Source of the DNA: a virus
Taxonomy: Duplodnaviria; Caudoviricetes
Virus record (IMG/VR): IMGVR_UViG_3300029288_000115
Coordinates: 1 to 64,000 of that record
Direction: 5' to 3' (one strand)
Length of the DNA stretch: 64,000 nucleotides
The translations under genes were made by a program, and so were the position numbers. Shown piece after piece: positions 1 through 9,623 of the stretch (positions within the stretch are counted from its first letter, which is position 1; every line of letters begins with the position of its first letter). A model generated the notes under the pieces. That model searched no databases. It was not told where the DNA came from and saw nothing but the letters and a program-made list of their open reading frames with translations.

Positions 1-242
1 AAAGCCAAGATTAGCGAACCCCAATTTTCCCCGCCATCTCCCGAAAACTGAAAGTATAAGGCATCGGTTGATTCAAGAATTCCGCCTTCAGTCTGTGTCC
101 AGTAAATAGTTATGGTTTCTGCAGAATAAGCACTTAAGTCTATACTGTCCATTGTTACATATTGATTCTGTGCTCTAACTATAGGACTAAATCCACATAG
201 AAATAACACTAAACCAAATACTACAACAAATGTTTTTTTCAT
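1..242 (-). CDS. Partial CDS running off the window edge; signal-peptide-like N-terminus and an Asp-box-like motif
   Basis: Manual translation: MKKTFVVVFGLVLFLCGFSPIVRA|QNQY...FSGDGGENW; GGAGGTG RBS upstream. Confidence 0.6.
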   Translation of the reverse strand, partial: MKKTFVVVFGLVLFLCGFSPIVRAQNQYVTMDSIDLSAYSAETITIYWTQTEGGILESTDALYFQFSGDGGENWGSLILA

Positions 243-262
243 CGTTAATCACCTCCCCATAA

Positions 263-1081
263 TTAATTTATAATGCAAGGATGACTCAACATTTCAAAAT
301 AGCCTGTTGCGTCATCCGTACCATACGTTTGAGTTGTGTCCCTTCCAATCTTAATTCTAAAATAATCTCCAGCAACCCAACCGTCATCATTAGTTAATAT
401 AATAGTTACACTACCAAGATATCCAGCAGTCTCTGGAACCGCAAAACTCAAATAATTGACAGCATCATAATTATCAACTGAAATATCCTGACTATCCCCA
501 GGTGAAACGGCCATTACGTATGCCGTAATACAAACATACTTACCTACATTGGCCTCAGACATACTATAGGGCATCACCAAAGAAAGGTCATTTCCATTAT
601 AATTATTAGGAATCTGACCCTCCCAAATAATCTCTGTATCACTATCATCTCTAAATAAAAGTCTCTTTGCTGTTTCGGTAGTATCCAAAATGGCGGAATT
701 AGCAACAGGGTGATTAGCCGATAGGAGCTTCAACTCTATATTAATAGAATATGCCCCAATATCGTCAGTTAACTCACTTAACAGCGTTGGAATATCCCCA
801 ACATGTGCTAAATCTGCAATCTCTGTTGCCGATAAGGTTATTTTTACCCAATCCCCAGGGTCTGAAGTTCCTGACTCATTCGTACAAATGTATAAAGCCT
901 TATCATCTTTCTCATAGCCTAAATCGTGCGATAAGCCATTTGTAATGGCCGTTACATCAGTATCGTGACTCTGATATCGCCAATTATACCAAGTAATAGA
1001 ATGTGATCTAGGGGTCATTAATATCATTATACCAATTACACAAGATACTACAAAACCAAACATAAGCCATTTATTCGTCAC
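263..1081 (-). CDS. Hypothetical tail-region protein with a signal/TM-like N-terminus
   Basis: Track ORF 263..1144. Likely start is the GTG at 1081 after GGAGG (MTNKWLMFGFVVSCVIGIMILM). Confidence 0.5.
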   Translation of the reverse strand: MTNKWLMFGFVVSCVIGIMILMTPRSHSITWYNWRYQSHDTDVTAITNGLSHDLGYEKDDKALYICTNESGTSDPGDWVKITLSATEIADLAHVGDIPTLLSELTDDIGAYSINIELKLLSANHPVANSAILDTTETAKRLLFRDDSDTEIIWEGQIPNNYNGNDLSLVMPYSMSEANVGKYVCITAYVMAVSPGDSQDISVDNYDAVNYLSFAVPETAGYLGSVTIILTNDDGWVAGDYFRIKIGRDTTQTYGTDDATGYFEMLSHPCIIN

Positions 1082-1193
1082 ATTGCTCTCCTCCATTTTA
1101 CGAAGTATCTCTTGAGCTAAATAGATGAAGGTTAAGATCTTCATAAAAGCTTATTACAACTGATTCTCTAAAGGCTTTTACCGTACATAACCT

Positions 1194-1697
1194 TTAGCTA
1201 AGAGTGATTTCTAAAGATACCTCCCAAACCTGCCCAGAAACCTTAGTTCCCTGAACCGATACTTTTCTATTCAAATTCACGGCTGCGTCACTATTTCCAT
1301 TAGCCACGGTAAATTCTCTCCAATCAAAATTTGCCACTGAAGCTCCAAAAGTTGCTAGCCAAGTAGCTTTTTGGTCTGTTCCATATGTGGGATATCCATC
1401 ATCAACCGCCGCATAAGCTTTATTAGTCACAGCCTGTAAGCCGGTCTGGGTTGCATCCGCGGGTGTTGTACTGTCCCCAACGCCAATATAGGCATTACTA
1501 TGATCGAATTTTGTTCCACCCGTTCCAGCTACCAAAGTCCAAAGCAAATTTATGCCTTCATTCAATAATAAGTTTCCTTCAAAGGAGTTAACTGCATAAG
1601 AATTATTTTTCTTATGCTCCTCTTCATTAATAAATTTCCTAATTCTCCAAAAAACTTTAGCCTTTTTCAACTCTTCATGTAAAGCCGCTTTTAACAT
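1194..1697 (-). CDS. Baseplate/tail-fibre-associated structural protein, resembling 6132..6623
   Basis: NLLLNEG...IGVGD...ANFDWREF pattern; position in tail module. Confidence 0.5.
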   Translation of the reverse strand: MLKAALHEELKKAKVFWRIRKFINEEEHKKNNSYAVNSFEGNLLLNEGINLLWTLVAGTGGTKFDHSNAYIGVGDSTTPADATQTGLQAVTNKAYAAVDDGYPTYGTDQKATWLATFGASVANFDWREFTVANGNSDAAVNLNRKVSVQGTKVSGQVWEVSLEITLS

Positions 1698-2008
1698 TTA
1701 TTTTTCCTCCTTATGTCTTTTTGTTTTGGTGTAGCAAAAGAATCTTTCCCAAGAGCCAAATCCTTTAAATTCTTCTTAACAACAACCTTAATCTTTTCCG
1801 TTACTAGACCAGTATCAATTATACTTTTTCTCATACTATTTTTTCTCCATCTACTTCCAACCGTTGAAGCTCCTTCTCCAATTCTTTAGCCGAAACTATA
1901 AGCTTCATGGCAAGAGAAATTGAGATATCTCTAAAAGCCCCAACCGTAGGGTCTAAGTATTTTACCCTCGTTTCTAAAATTTTATTACCTGCCATATTTA
2001 CCCCTCTT

Positions 2009-3253
2009 CTACGCCTTCATAATAAAACATAAAGCGTAATACGGTGGTCTATTTTCGTGTCCAGCACCACCACCAAAGGCTGTAGTAACATCTGTCTGAT
2101 TTGTTCTGTCTGTCTGATAAGTGGCGGTCGTATAGGCGCTCCCATCAGGTCCCCCCGGTATAGATCTTTGCGGTACTTCGTGCGTATGTGCGGGGAGTTC
2201 TGCCCCCACTAATGTGTGGTGGGCTTCTCCACCAGTTGCTCCAACAGCATAGGACCCTCCAGCACCAACTATAAATTTATCCTTCAAATTGGGTGTTCCA
2301 TTATTTCCATCACAAAGATACCAACCAGAAGGGATCGAAGCAATAGAACCAGACCACATAATAATTCCACCAGAAGGTATAGCGGCAATAGGAGCCACAA
2401 ATTCCAAAGCCGTCGCACCAGAATTTACTTTTACATCATAGCCACCTTTTCCCGCATAAGATAAAGGCGTATCTTGCAAAGCTAAAAATGTTCCAGCATT
2501 TGATCCAAGAAAGGCTCTAACATCTTTAATATTACTAACCACAATAGTCGACATCCCAACAGCTAAAGTTAGCTCTGCCAATACAACCTTACCACTATAA
2601 CTTGGAGCTACAGGACTAACAGCCTCAGAACCGGTTGAAGTCTTTATTGTTCCATCTGTATCAATATAAATTAAGTCTTTCCTGGGATTCCCCACTGGGA
2701 CAGAAAATGGCCCAACTGCTTGGTCTTTAATCTCTAAACTCGACGCTCCATAAGTTGTCCTTCCACCCCGAACTCTAACGCTCATAGAAGCCGGACTAGA
2801 AGGTTCTACTTTTAAAAACATAGATTGCACATTGGGGGTACTTCTAGGGTAGCTAACATCCCCATATTCAATACCAGAAATATTCCCAGCAACAAAATTA
2901 CATTTACAAATTATTAAATCATTTGCTAAAATACTTCCAGATCCAACAGCCAAAAAATCCATATAATTATTTGCTGTAGCCGCATATGTCCATCGCAAAA
3001 CAATATACGGTGTAGCAATAGCTGCTACAATAGCCACGCTAATCTGGGTCTTAATCCGTAAAGTATAATCATCGTCTCCAATTACACAAACTAAAGGACT
3101 TATCGTTACGGTATTTCCAACATAAGTACAATATCCCCCTTTAAATATACCACGCTCTTGAACCTCTGTTTCTTTTCGGTTTACCACAAGGCTTTGGGCT
3201 GGGGCATAAAACTGAACCGTCTGTATCTGATTTCCAAAATTTGTACTTCCCAT
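2009..3253 (-). CDS. Tail fibre protein with collar domain
   Basis: IPSGGIIMWSG...GWYLCDG...PNLKDKF...HTH...HENRPPYYALCFIMK collar and fibre-tip motifs. Confidence 0.8.
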   Translation of the reverse strand: MGSTNFGNQIQTVQFYAPAQSLVVNRKETEVQERGIFKGGYCTYVGNTVTISPLVCVIGDDDYTLRIKTQISVAIVAAIATPYIVLRWTYAATANNYMDFLAVGSGSILANDLIICKCNFVAGNISGIEYGDVSYPRSTPNVQSMFLKVEPSSPASMSVRVRGGRTTYGASSLEIKDQAVGPFSVPVGNPRKDLIYIDTDGTIKTSTGSEAVSPVAPSYSGKVVLAELTLAVGMSTIVVSNIKDVRAFLGSNAGTFLALQDTPLSYAGKGGYDVKVNSGATALEFVAPIAAIPSGGIIMWSGSIASIPSGWYLCDGNNGTPNLKDKFIVGAGGSYAVGATGGEAHHTLVGAELPAHTHEVPQRSIPGGPDGSAYTTATYQTDRTNQTDVTTAFGGGAGHENRPPYYALCFIMKA

Positions 3254-3272
3254 AATTCCCTCCTTACGTTAT

Positions 3273-6122
3273 TTAACTTACAATTACACTTTCCGCCATT
3301 TGACTTGAAAGCATAATAATTACCAAAACTCTAAGCTCGTAACCCGACGTTTTATCTACATCTGGAAAGGTTGAAGCTACCACCATCGTTGTATTATCAT
3401 TTAAAAATAAGCCTAACTCAGATAAGCCATCTTGAACAGTTCCGCTTGGAATGATAATTTCATATTCAACCCTATCATCATAAATTGCAATGGAATTAAT
3501 ATTGCCCTGTATTACCACATTTGCCAAATTAAAATTTGAATCATCAGGCGAAACTCCTTTATTTCCAATCCCAAGTTGATACTTAGTAATGGAATTCAAA
3601 AAACCAGCAAAACTTTGGTCAAAAAAACTCCCATCATCAAAATTCCATCCTAATCCAGAACCAACATAATCCATATCAAAATTGAGCTGTGCCCATACCC
3701 AATTTCCAGTAGTTATAGTTTTTACTAAAACATCTGTGGTATAAACTAAACCATCTTGATAGGTCAAACAATTCAATAATACTCTATAGTGCGGCACCGT
3801 ATTCACAGGTCTGATGCTTTCGACAAAATATATGGCGTCTGTTTCCATATCAGAGCTAAATAAATAAGCATCAGATCCATCATAATAAACTTTATCTAAT
3901 ACAACCTCATAACCAAAATGTGGTGACTTATAATAGCTCGCATCTAATCCTGGTGGGTTTTCTCCTTCATCACCAACAAACCATTCTTCTAAAACAAATG
4001 TAATATAATCCTTCGTATACATATCATAGATGTTCGTCGTAAATCCATGTGAGTGTGCTATAATTTGTAACGACTTATAAGTTCCCTTTATCTTATACCA
4101 ATCAACAACCTCTTGAACCTGCTTTCTTAAATCAATAATCGTTGTCTCTTCATGCTTAACCAACGTCAATCCTAATAATGCCGCTAAATAATCTATATAA
4201 GCCTCTCCAACCTTGTAAGGATCAAGAATGGTTAGCAAATCATCAATCTTTCCCAACCACGTTCCAACAGAAACTCCAATAGCCTGTAAAAACTCTTGTA
4301 AAAGAATAGACTCTCTAAACTTTTGTGGCACTAACTCTAATAAATCTATCCACTTTGCATAATCAGCAATCAGAGACATCTCACATTCTATAATTATTTC
4401 TCTAGACTCTAAAGCGGCATATCTAAAATTTGAGGGCTCTAAGGTAGCCAGGCCTTCAATAGATACAATTCTTTGGCTATCATCATCAAAATAATAGCCC
4501 TCATCAAAATTCCAAATACATAACGAGGCGTCTTCAAAATAAGCAATAGCCCCACTTTCAACTAAAAGCTTTACCTGAATAGATACTGGAGTAGCAACAC
4601 TTCGTCTAACTTCTAATAGTTGCCACTCTCCATTTCCATTATGATAATCCGAATATGAATTTCCATTCGTATCTGAAATGCAAATTCGTGCCGTATTCAT
4701 CGTGCTTGATTTAACCCAACATTGTAATGTAGTATCTCTATTACGAAACTGTGTCGGACTCAAAAGTGCTTGTACAACACTTCCATTAGGCGTTCCAGTA
4801 AGCTTTAAACTGCTTATTCCAAATTTAAAAATAGTATAGTCTTTTTCAACTGTTCCTGTAACTATCCAAGATAAAGGTATTTCAGCATCCCAGATATCAA
4901 AATTTCCATTTAATAATACACTCTCATCAAAATTTAAACCAAATAAATCATAGGACTTTGGTGGATATACAGAATGAGCATCAACAAATTCGCCAAACAA
5001 TCCACTATCAACTACTGCTTTAGATACTCTAGCGGTCTCAATTTCTACAATGGCCACATATCCATTACTTAACGCATCAGTATATGTGATACCAAAATAG
5101 TCATTTCCAACTCTCACAAATCCTGGAACTAAAAATATCTCTCCAGCCGGAAAATGTAAAGAATCTACTTCTCCTACTATCGTTCCATCGGCTTCTATCT
5201 TAATTACTTTTACATAACCGTCAGAAAGTGTACCAGCAGAGGCTAAAGCATAATACGTATTTGATACGGAATCAAGTATTGGCGGTCCAATTAAAATACC
5301 ACTAAAGGTATAAGTGTCAATAATACTGCCAATAGTTCCATCATCTTGAATCTCAATAGTACTAACAGCACTAAAAGGCCCCGTTCTATGCGAAAGAATA
5401 AAAATATTTCCATAATTGCTTCTAATAAAAGGTCCAGCAGGCAAAGTAGATATCACGGCCGTATCAACCAAACCAACAATTGTACCATTCGCTAATACTT
5501 CATAGGTCGAAAGACAAGCGCCTAAAGTAACAGAGTCCATATAATAGATTGCATAAATATTTCCAGAAACGGGCAAAATGGTTGCTCTTCGACCGTTAAC
5601 TGCAACAATCGTATCTATCGGTCCAGTAATTATTGTTCCATCATCACTAATGGAAACCGTCGCTAAAAATACCAATGGATTAAAAAAAACCAAAAACATA
5701 TTACTAGCTATTCTTGTCATAATAGGCTGGGTTGCATCACCAACGTATGGTAAAGTCATTTCAGCTTTAGCAATAAACGTAACAGTGCCTAACTCATCGA
5801 CATTATAGGTCTGTATAACCCCAATATTATAAGAAGGTCCAGTCAATGCGGCCACAGCATAAATATTTCCAGAAACTCTAACTCCAGACGTAACATTTTT
5901 TGTTAAATCCACGGGGTTATAAGTCTTAGCATTAGCCACATCAATTATGCCCGTTCTCTCTCCTATTGGAACAGTAATTATCTTGTCATTTACCCCAGTC
6001 TTATGTATAAATATAGCACATATTTCTGACACATCAATTTCCGAAAGCGATGCTACATAAGTTGTACCAAGGGCATCAAAGTTCCAAGTATTTATTATTC
6101 CTTTAATCTGTCCTTCAGCCAT
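3273..6122 (-). CDS. Baseplate wedge protein (P2 gpI / T4 gp7-like core) with N-terminal beta-repeats and a carbohydrate-binding-like domain
   Basis: LDP...YIDYLAALLG...WYKIKGT core; NGNFD..W..GEWQLL CBM-like segment; repeated xDGTIxGxxDT units. Confidence 0.6.
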   Translation of the reverse strand: MAEGQIKGIINTWNFDALGTTYVASLSEIDVSEICAIFIHKTGVNDKIITVPIGERTGIIDVANAKTYNPVDLTKNVTSGVRVSGNIYAVAALTGPSYNIGVIQTYNVDELGTVTFIAKAEMTLPYVGDATQPIMTRIASNMFLVFFNPLVFLATVSISDDGTIITGPIDTIVAVNGRRATILPVSGNIYAIYYMDSVTLGACLSTYEVLANGTIVGLVDTAVISTLPAGPFIRSNYGNIFILSHRTGPFSAVSTIEIQDDGTIGSIIDTYTFSGILIGPPILDSVSNTYYALASAGTLSDGYVKVIKIEADGTIVGEVDSLHFPAGEIFLVPGFVRVGNDYFGITYTDALSNGYVAIVEIETARVSKAVVDSGLFGEFVDAHSVYPPKSYDLFGLNFDESVLLNGNFDIWDAEIPLSWIVTGTVEKDYTIFKFGISSLKLTGTPNGSVVQALLSPTQFRNRDTTLQCWVKSSTMNTARICISDTNGNSYSDYHNGNGEWQLLEVRRSVATPVSIQVKLLVESGAIAYFEDASLCIWNFDEGYYFDDDSQRIVSIEGLATLEPSNFRYAALESREIIIECEMSLIADYAKWIDLLELVPQKFRESILLQEFLQAIGVSVGTWLGKIDDLLTILDPYKVGEAYIDYLAALLGLTLVKHEETTIIDLRKQVQEVVDWYKIKGTYKSLQIIAHSHGFTTNIYDMYTKDYITFVLEEWFVGDEGENPPGLDASYYKSPHFGYEVVLDKVYYDGSDAYLFSSDMETDAIYFVESIRPVNTVPHYRVLLNCLTYQDGLVYTTDVLVKTITTGNWVWAQLNFDMDYVGSGLGWNFDDGSFFDQSFAGFLNSITKYQLGIGNKGVSPDDSNFNLANVVIQGNINSIAIYDDRVEYEIIIPSGTVQDGLSELGLFLNDNTTMVVASTFPDVDKTSGYELRVLVIIMLSSQMAESVIVS

Positions 6123-6131
6123 ATCTTTATC

Positions 6132-6623
6132 CTATTTTAATTTAACTTTCATTGACACATTTACGCTATCTCCATCTAAAATAGTTCGTTCAACTGTTGT
6201 GGTAATATATGCCAATAATAACCCTGTATTATCACTAGAAGTTGCCAAAAATGCTAAATTTACAGGGCCAATCTCTCCACCAGAAGCCGTAAACGTAATA
6301 GTCTTTGATACCACCCGCCAATCCCCAAGATCCGCTTCTAATATTGGAAATCCCACAGCGGATCGTTCCAAAAGCTGCGGGGAATAACCATTACCCGAAG
6401 GCTCATTCTGAATATCCGCTAACGTGTCAGTTTCCTGAATGGTATCATTAGCTAATCGTACATAAAAAACCACAGGAGCGTTTAATGCTCTAAAATATGT
6501 ATCAAGCATACTTTTTTCGCCTTGGTCAACTAAATTATTTCTCTTAATTTCAGACCATATTACCTTGCCATTCCTAATATGCTGTATTTCCCAAATACCT
6601 TCATACCATTTATGTTTTCCCAT
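6132..6623 (-). CDS. Baseplate/tail structural protein
   Basis: NNLVDQGE...EPSGNGY...TFTASGG; lies next to the gp6-like gene. Confidence 0.5.
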   Translation of the reverse strand: MGKHKWYEGIWEIQHIRNGKVIWSEIKRNNLVDQGEKSMLDTYFRALNAPVVFYVRLANDTIQETDTLADIQNEPSGNGYSPQLLERSAVGFPILEADLGDWRVVSKTITFTASGGEIGPVNLAFLATSSDNTGLLLAYITTTVERTILDGDSVNVSMKVKLK

Positions 6624-6640
6624 ATCTTTTAATCTCCTTT

Positions 6641-8320
6641 TTAACTAATAGAAGTAACGTCTACATCATATAACTTAGTTACCTGCTTCTTCGTAACGAT
6701 TATGTCCCCATCCTCATCCATTTGATACCGCACCGACACCACGTCACTTGGGCCTAAAGCTGGAACCACATCAATTCCTATATAACCAGTTACATAATTT
6801 ACCTCACCAGATACAGCTAAACTTGAAGACATATCAGTAAAATGTCCAGCACCATCATCAATAGCCACCTGAACGTCATTAACGAACACCCTTACACTTC
6901 CAGCTAAAATTGGCACCGCTTCAAGAAGAATCCCAAAATCATAAAATGAATCATAACCAGTGCCTAAAGCCTTATATATCTCTAAAATCATATGATGATA
7001 AGATACCCCCTCACAATCATCAACAACATACATTAAGTCCGATAAATATTTTGATATTCCTAATTTAGCTGTCGTGCCTAAAACAAATTGTGCTGTCAAG
7101 GCCGTTTCAACTCTATCTTGAACTACAGCTAAAGTAGAACCTTCCACAGTAACTATATCTAAGGTTGGAATCACATTTAATATCTCCGCGTCAATAAATT
7201 CATACTTCACAGTAATTTGGGCATAATCATAAAGATAGGTTGTTAATGCGGTTTTAAATGTGCTTCCTGGCAAAGCCCACTCTTGTAGTAAAATAACTAA
7301 TCTAACAACATTAAATAAAGTGATATCCGGGGGGGTCTCCTCGGCTTCGCCCCAAACGTTTGCGTCAGCCACTCCAGGATAATTCTTTAATATTGATATA
7401 TAATCAGCCTTCGTCACAGCTCTACTACCAGTTGAAAATACTGCTGGGGCTAAAGTTCGAATATCCTCAATATCTTGAGCAGAATCCCCGCCTAAAAATG
7501 TATCTGCATTCGTTACTGTAATTCCACTAACAACACCTCCATCCTCATCATATATATTATCAATTATCGTTATAATTTTTCCAGGCAAATATACGTTTCC
7601 ATTTATTCCATCGGATTTTACATAACGAATTAAAATAATAGAACCAGCATCTGGGGCCTTTCCTTTAATATTATCACCAAAAACTATAGTCACAGTATCA
7701 TCTAACTCAGTCTTAATTAAGTAATATTTATCAATAGGTTCTGCTCCTAAAAATGAAGAAACCTTCGTCCACAAACCTCCATCAACATAAATATATAAAG
7801 CCGTATTCTCAACATTTATATCGTTAATATTATACTCATACCCTAAAGTTCCATCAGCTGTTATTTCGATATCAACCTTTTCCCCTTGCATAGCATTAGC
7901 ATTTTTAGAGGATTCTCCAGTTAATATAACGGCGTCTTCTGAAACCAAATATTTAATTCCCGCCGCTGTCTGACATTCTAACCACTGAGGTAAATAAATG
8001 TTCTTTGTTGCTGGGCTGCTTAACGTAAATGTTAAAATGCCAATCGCAGAAGTTTGTCTTCTTGGAATATAATTCAATAATCTAACTAGGTTTATAACGC
8101 TAGACCGAAGCTTTGCCGTTGGAAGATATGACTCCTCAGCTCTACGTTCAATATAATATAAGACCTGATTTGCGATGTAAGCAAATAATTCAATCAACAT
8201 CTGGCCAGTACCAGATCGATTAGTATCTTTCCAAGCCCCAGAAGCTGCTTTCAATCTATCTATAAGCTGTTGCATATTATCATCAAAATCATAATTTACA
8301 TAATTTAAAGTATTTCCCAT
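6641..8320 (-). CDS. Baseplate wedge protein, gp6 / baseplate J-like
   Basis: DFD...ESYLPTAKLRSSV...FGDNIKGK...GGD...RAVTKADY. Confidence 0.85.
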   Translation of the reverse strand: MGNTLNYVNYDFDDNMQQLIDRLKAASGAWKDTNRSGTGQMLIELFAYIANQVLYYIERRAEESYLPTAKLRSSVINLVRLLNYIPRRQTSAIGILTFTLSSPATKNIYLPQWLECQTAAGIKYLVSEDAVILTGESSKNANAMQGEKVDIEITADGTLGYEYNINDINVENTALYIYVDGGLWTKVSSFLGAEPIDKYYLIKTELDDTVTIVFGDNIKGKAPDAGSIILIRYVKSDGINGNVYLPGKIITIIDNIYDEDGGVVSGITVTNADTFLGGDSAQDIEDIRTLAPAVFSTGSRAVTKADYISILKNYPGVADANVWGEAEETPPDITLFNVVRLVILLQEWALPGSTFKTALTTYLYDYAQITVKYEFIDAEILNVIPTLDIVTVEGSTLAVVQDRVETALTAQFVLGTTAKLGISKYLSDLMYVVDDCEGVSYHHMILEIYKALGTGYDSFYDFGILLEAVPILAGSVRVFVNDVQVAIDDGAGHFTDMSSSLAVSGEVNYVTGYIGIDVVPALGPSDVVSVRYQMDEDGDIIVTKKQVTKLYDVDVTSIS

Positions 8321-8328
8321 AACACCTC

Positions 8329-8706
8329 CTACACCGGAACCTCTACCGCAAAGGTCTGTGTATATCCACGAAGCATAAAATTTATTGTTAACGTAATCTC
8401 ACTTAAATCATGATTGGCGTAATAATCAACACCAACAACCGAAACTCTATTATCCCAAATCTCTATATTATCTTTAACCTCTCTAGCTATGAAATCTAAA
8501 AGCTCCTCATTGATGGGCTCAAAAACCATATCATATAAAGCCGTAGCAAAAGTCGGTAACATTACTCGTTCTCCACGTCTAGTTCCCAAAATGTTTAAAA
8601 TTGAAGACTTAACGGCATCAACATTAACCGCCTTCTTTACAGCACCCTGACTATCATGAATTATTCTATGATCCAACTCACTCCATATTTCAATAGTATT
8701 TGGCAT
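8329..8706 (-). CDS. gp25/GPW-like baseplate protein (sheath initiator)
   Basis: AVKSSILNILGTRRGERVMLPTF...WDNRV. Confidence 0.85.
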   Translation of the reverse strand: MPNTIEIWSELDHRIIHDSQGAVKKAVNVDAVKSSILNILGTRRGERVMLPTFATALYDMVFEPINEELLDFIAREVKDNIEIWDNRVSVVGVDYYANHDLSEITLTINFMLRGYTQTFAVEVPV

Positions 8707-8709
8707 AGT

Positions 8710-8994
8710 TTACTCCACAAAAACGTTTCTACCAGGAACTGGAAGAATAATTGCCCCACACTCAGCCTTAGCCCCTTGAGTAACTATTAGCTTTCCATTC
8801 TTAACACTTTTAATTGTAATGGCTTTTATTGGTGTCGTTCCATGTGGCGTAGGCCATAAAATTGGACACGAGTGCAAAGCACCTTCCACCGCAACAGGAA
8901 TGCCATTTACAATAAATTTATTATCTCCTTGGCCAGACTCCACTATAGTTCCACCATGATCCGATTTGTCTCCAAGCAAAGAAATAGTTTTCAT
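8710..8994 (-). CDS. PAAR-like spike tip protein
   Basis: LGDKSDHGG...GIPVA...HSCP..HG...CGA. Confidence 0.85.
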   Translation of the reverse strand: MKTISLLGDKSDHGGTIVESGQGDNKFIVNGIPVAVEGALHSCPILWPTPHGTTPIKAITIKSVKNGKLIVTQGAKAECGAIILPVPGRNVFVE

Positions 8995-8996
8995 AG

Positions 8997-9623
8997 CTAT
9001 GTATTTATGGCGACGACTCCACCAGCAATGGATACCGTTCCACTCCCCGCTATATTAATTGTTCCACCAATAACATTAATAGTTCCATTTCCAGTTATAT
9101 TTACTGTATCCGCAAGAACATTAGCAACGGCAGCTGAAATATCAACATCTGTCGGCGTTGAAGCTTGAATATTTCCAAGTGTTCCAACTTTCATAATAGC
9201 ACCAGTAGGATGCGTTACTTTTGCTTCTAATAAAAAATCATTAATCTCAATTATTAATCCCATCGCTGTCTTTATTACTCGATTTTGAGGATAATTTAAT
9301 AAGGCTTGTGCAGGAATTCCAGTTAGAGCGGTCGGAGCTTCAGCAAAATATACGGGCTGGTATAAATCACCAGCTTCAAAAAATATAAAAACAAAACTGT
9401 CTATGTCTGGAACAGAAAAAGAACCAGAACCTACTCCCGAACCACAAAATATACTAAAAGCAGGAACTGCCCAAGGAAGTTGATCCGTTTCTAATTTAGA
9501 AAACCAAGGAATAATCTTGACCCTAATTCGACCTCGTAGCAAGGGGTCATTATTATCCATTACTTTTCCACGCCACATGCCAAAAAATTTTTCATCTAAA
9601 GCTTGTTTTAAGTCTTCACCCAT
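8997..9623 (-). CDS. Baseplate central spike (gp5/gpV OB-fold plus beta-helix)
   Basis: RGKVMDNNDP..RGRIRV...WA...VP...V.IFFEAGD; C-terminal 8-residue repeats. Confidence 0.85.
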   Translation of the reverse strand: MGEDLKQALDEKFFGMWRGKVMDNNDPLLRGRIRVKIIPWFSKLETDQLPWAVPAFSIFCGSGVGSGSFSVPDIDSFVFIFFEAGDLYQPVYFAEAPTALTGIPAQALLNYPQNRVIKTAMGLIIEINDFLLEAKVTHPTGAIMKVGTLGNIQASTPTDVDISAAVANVLADTVNITGNGTINVIGGTINIAGSGTVSIAGGVVAINT

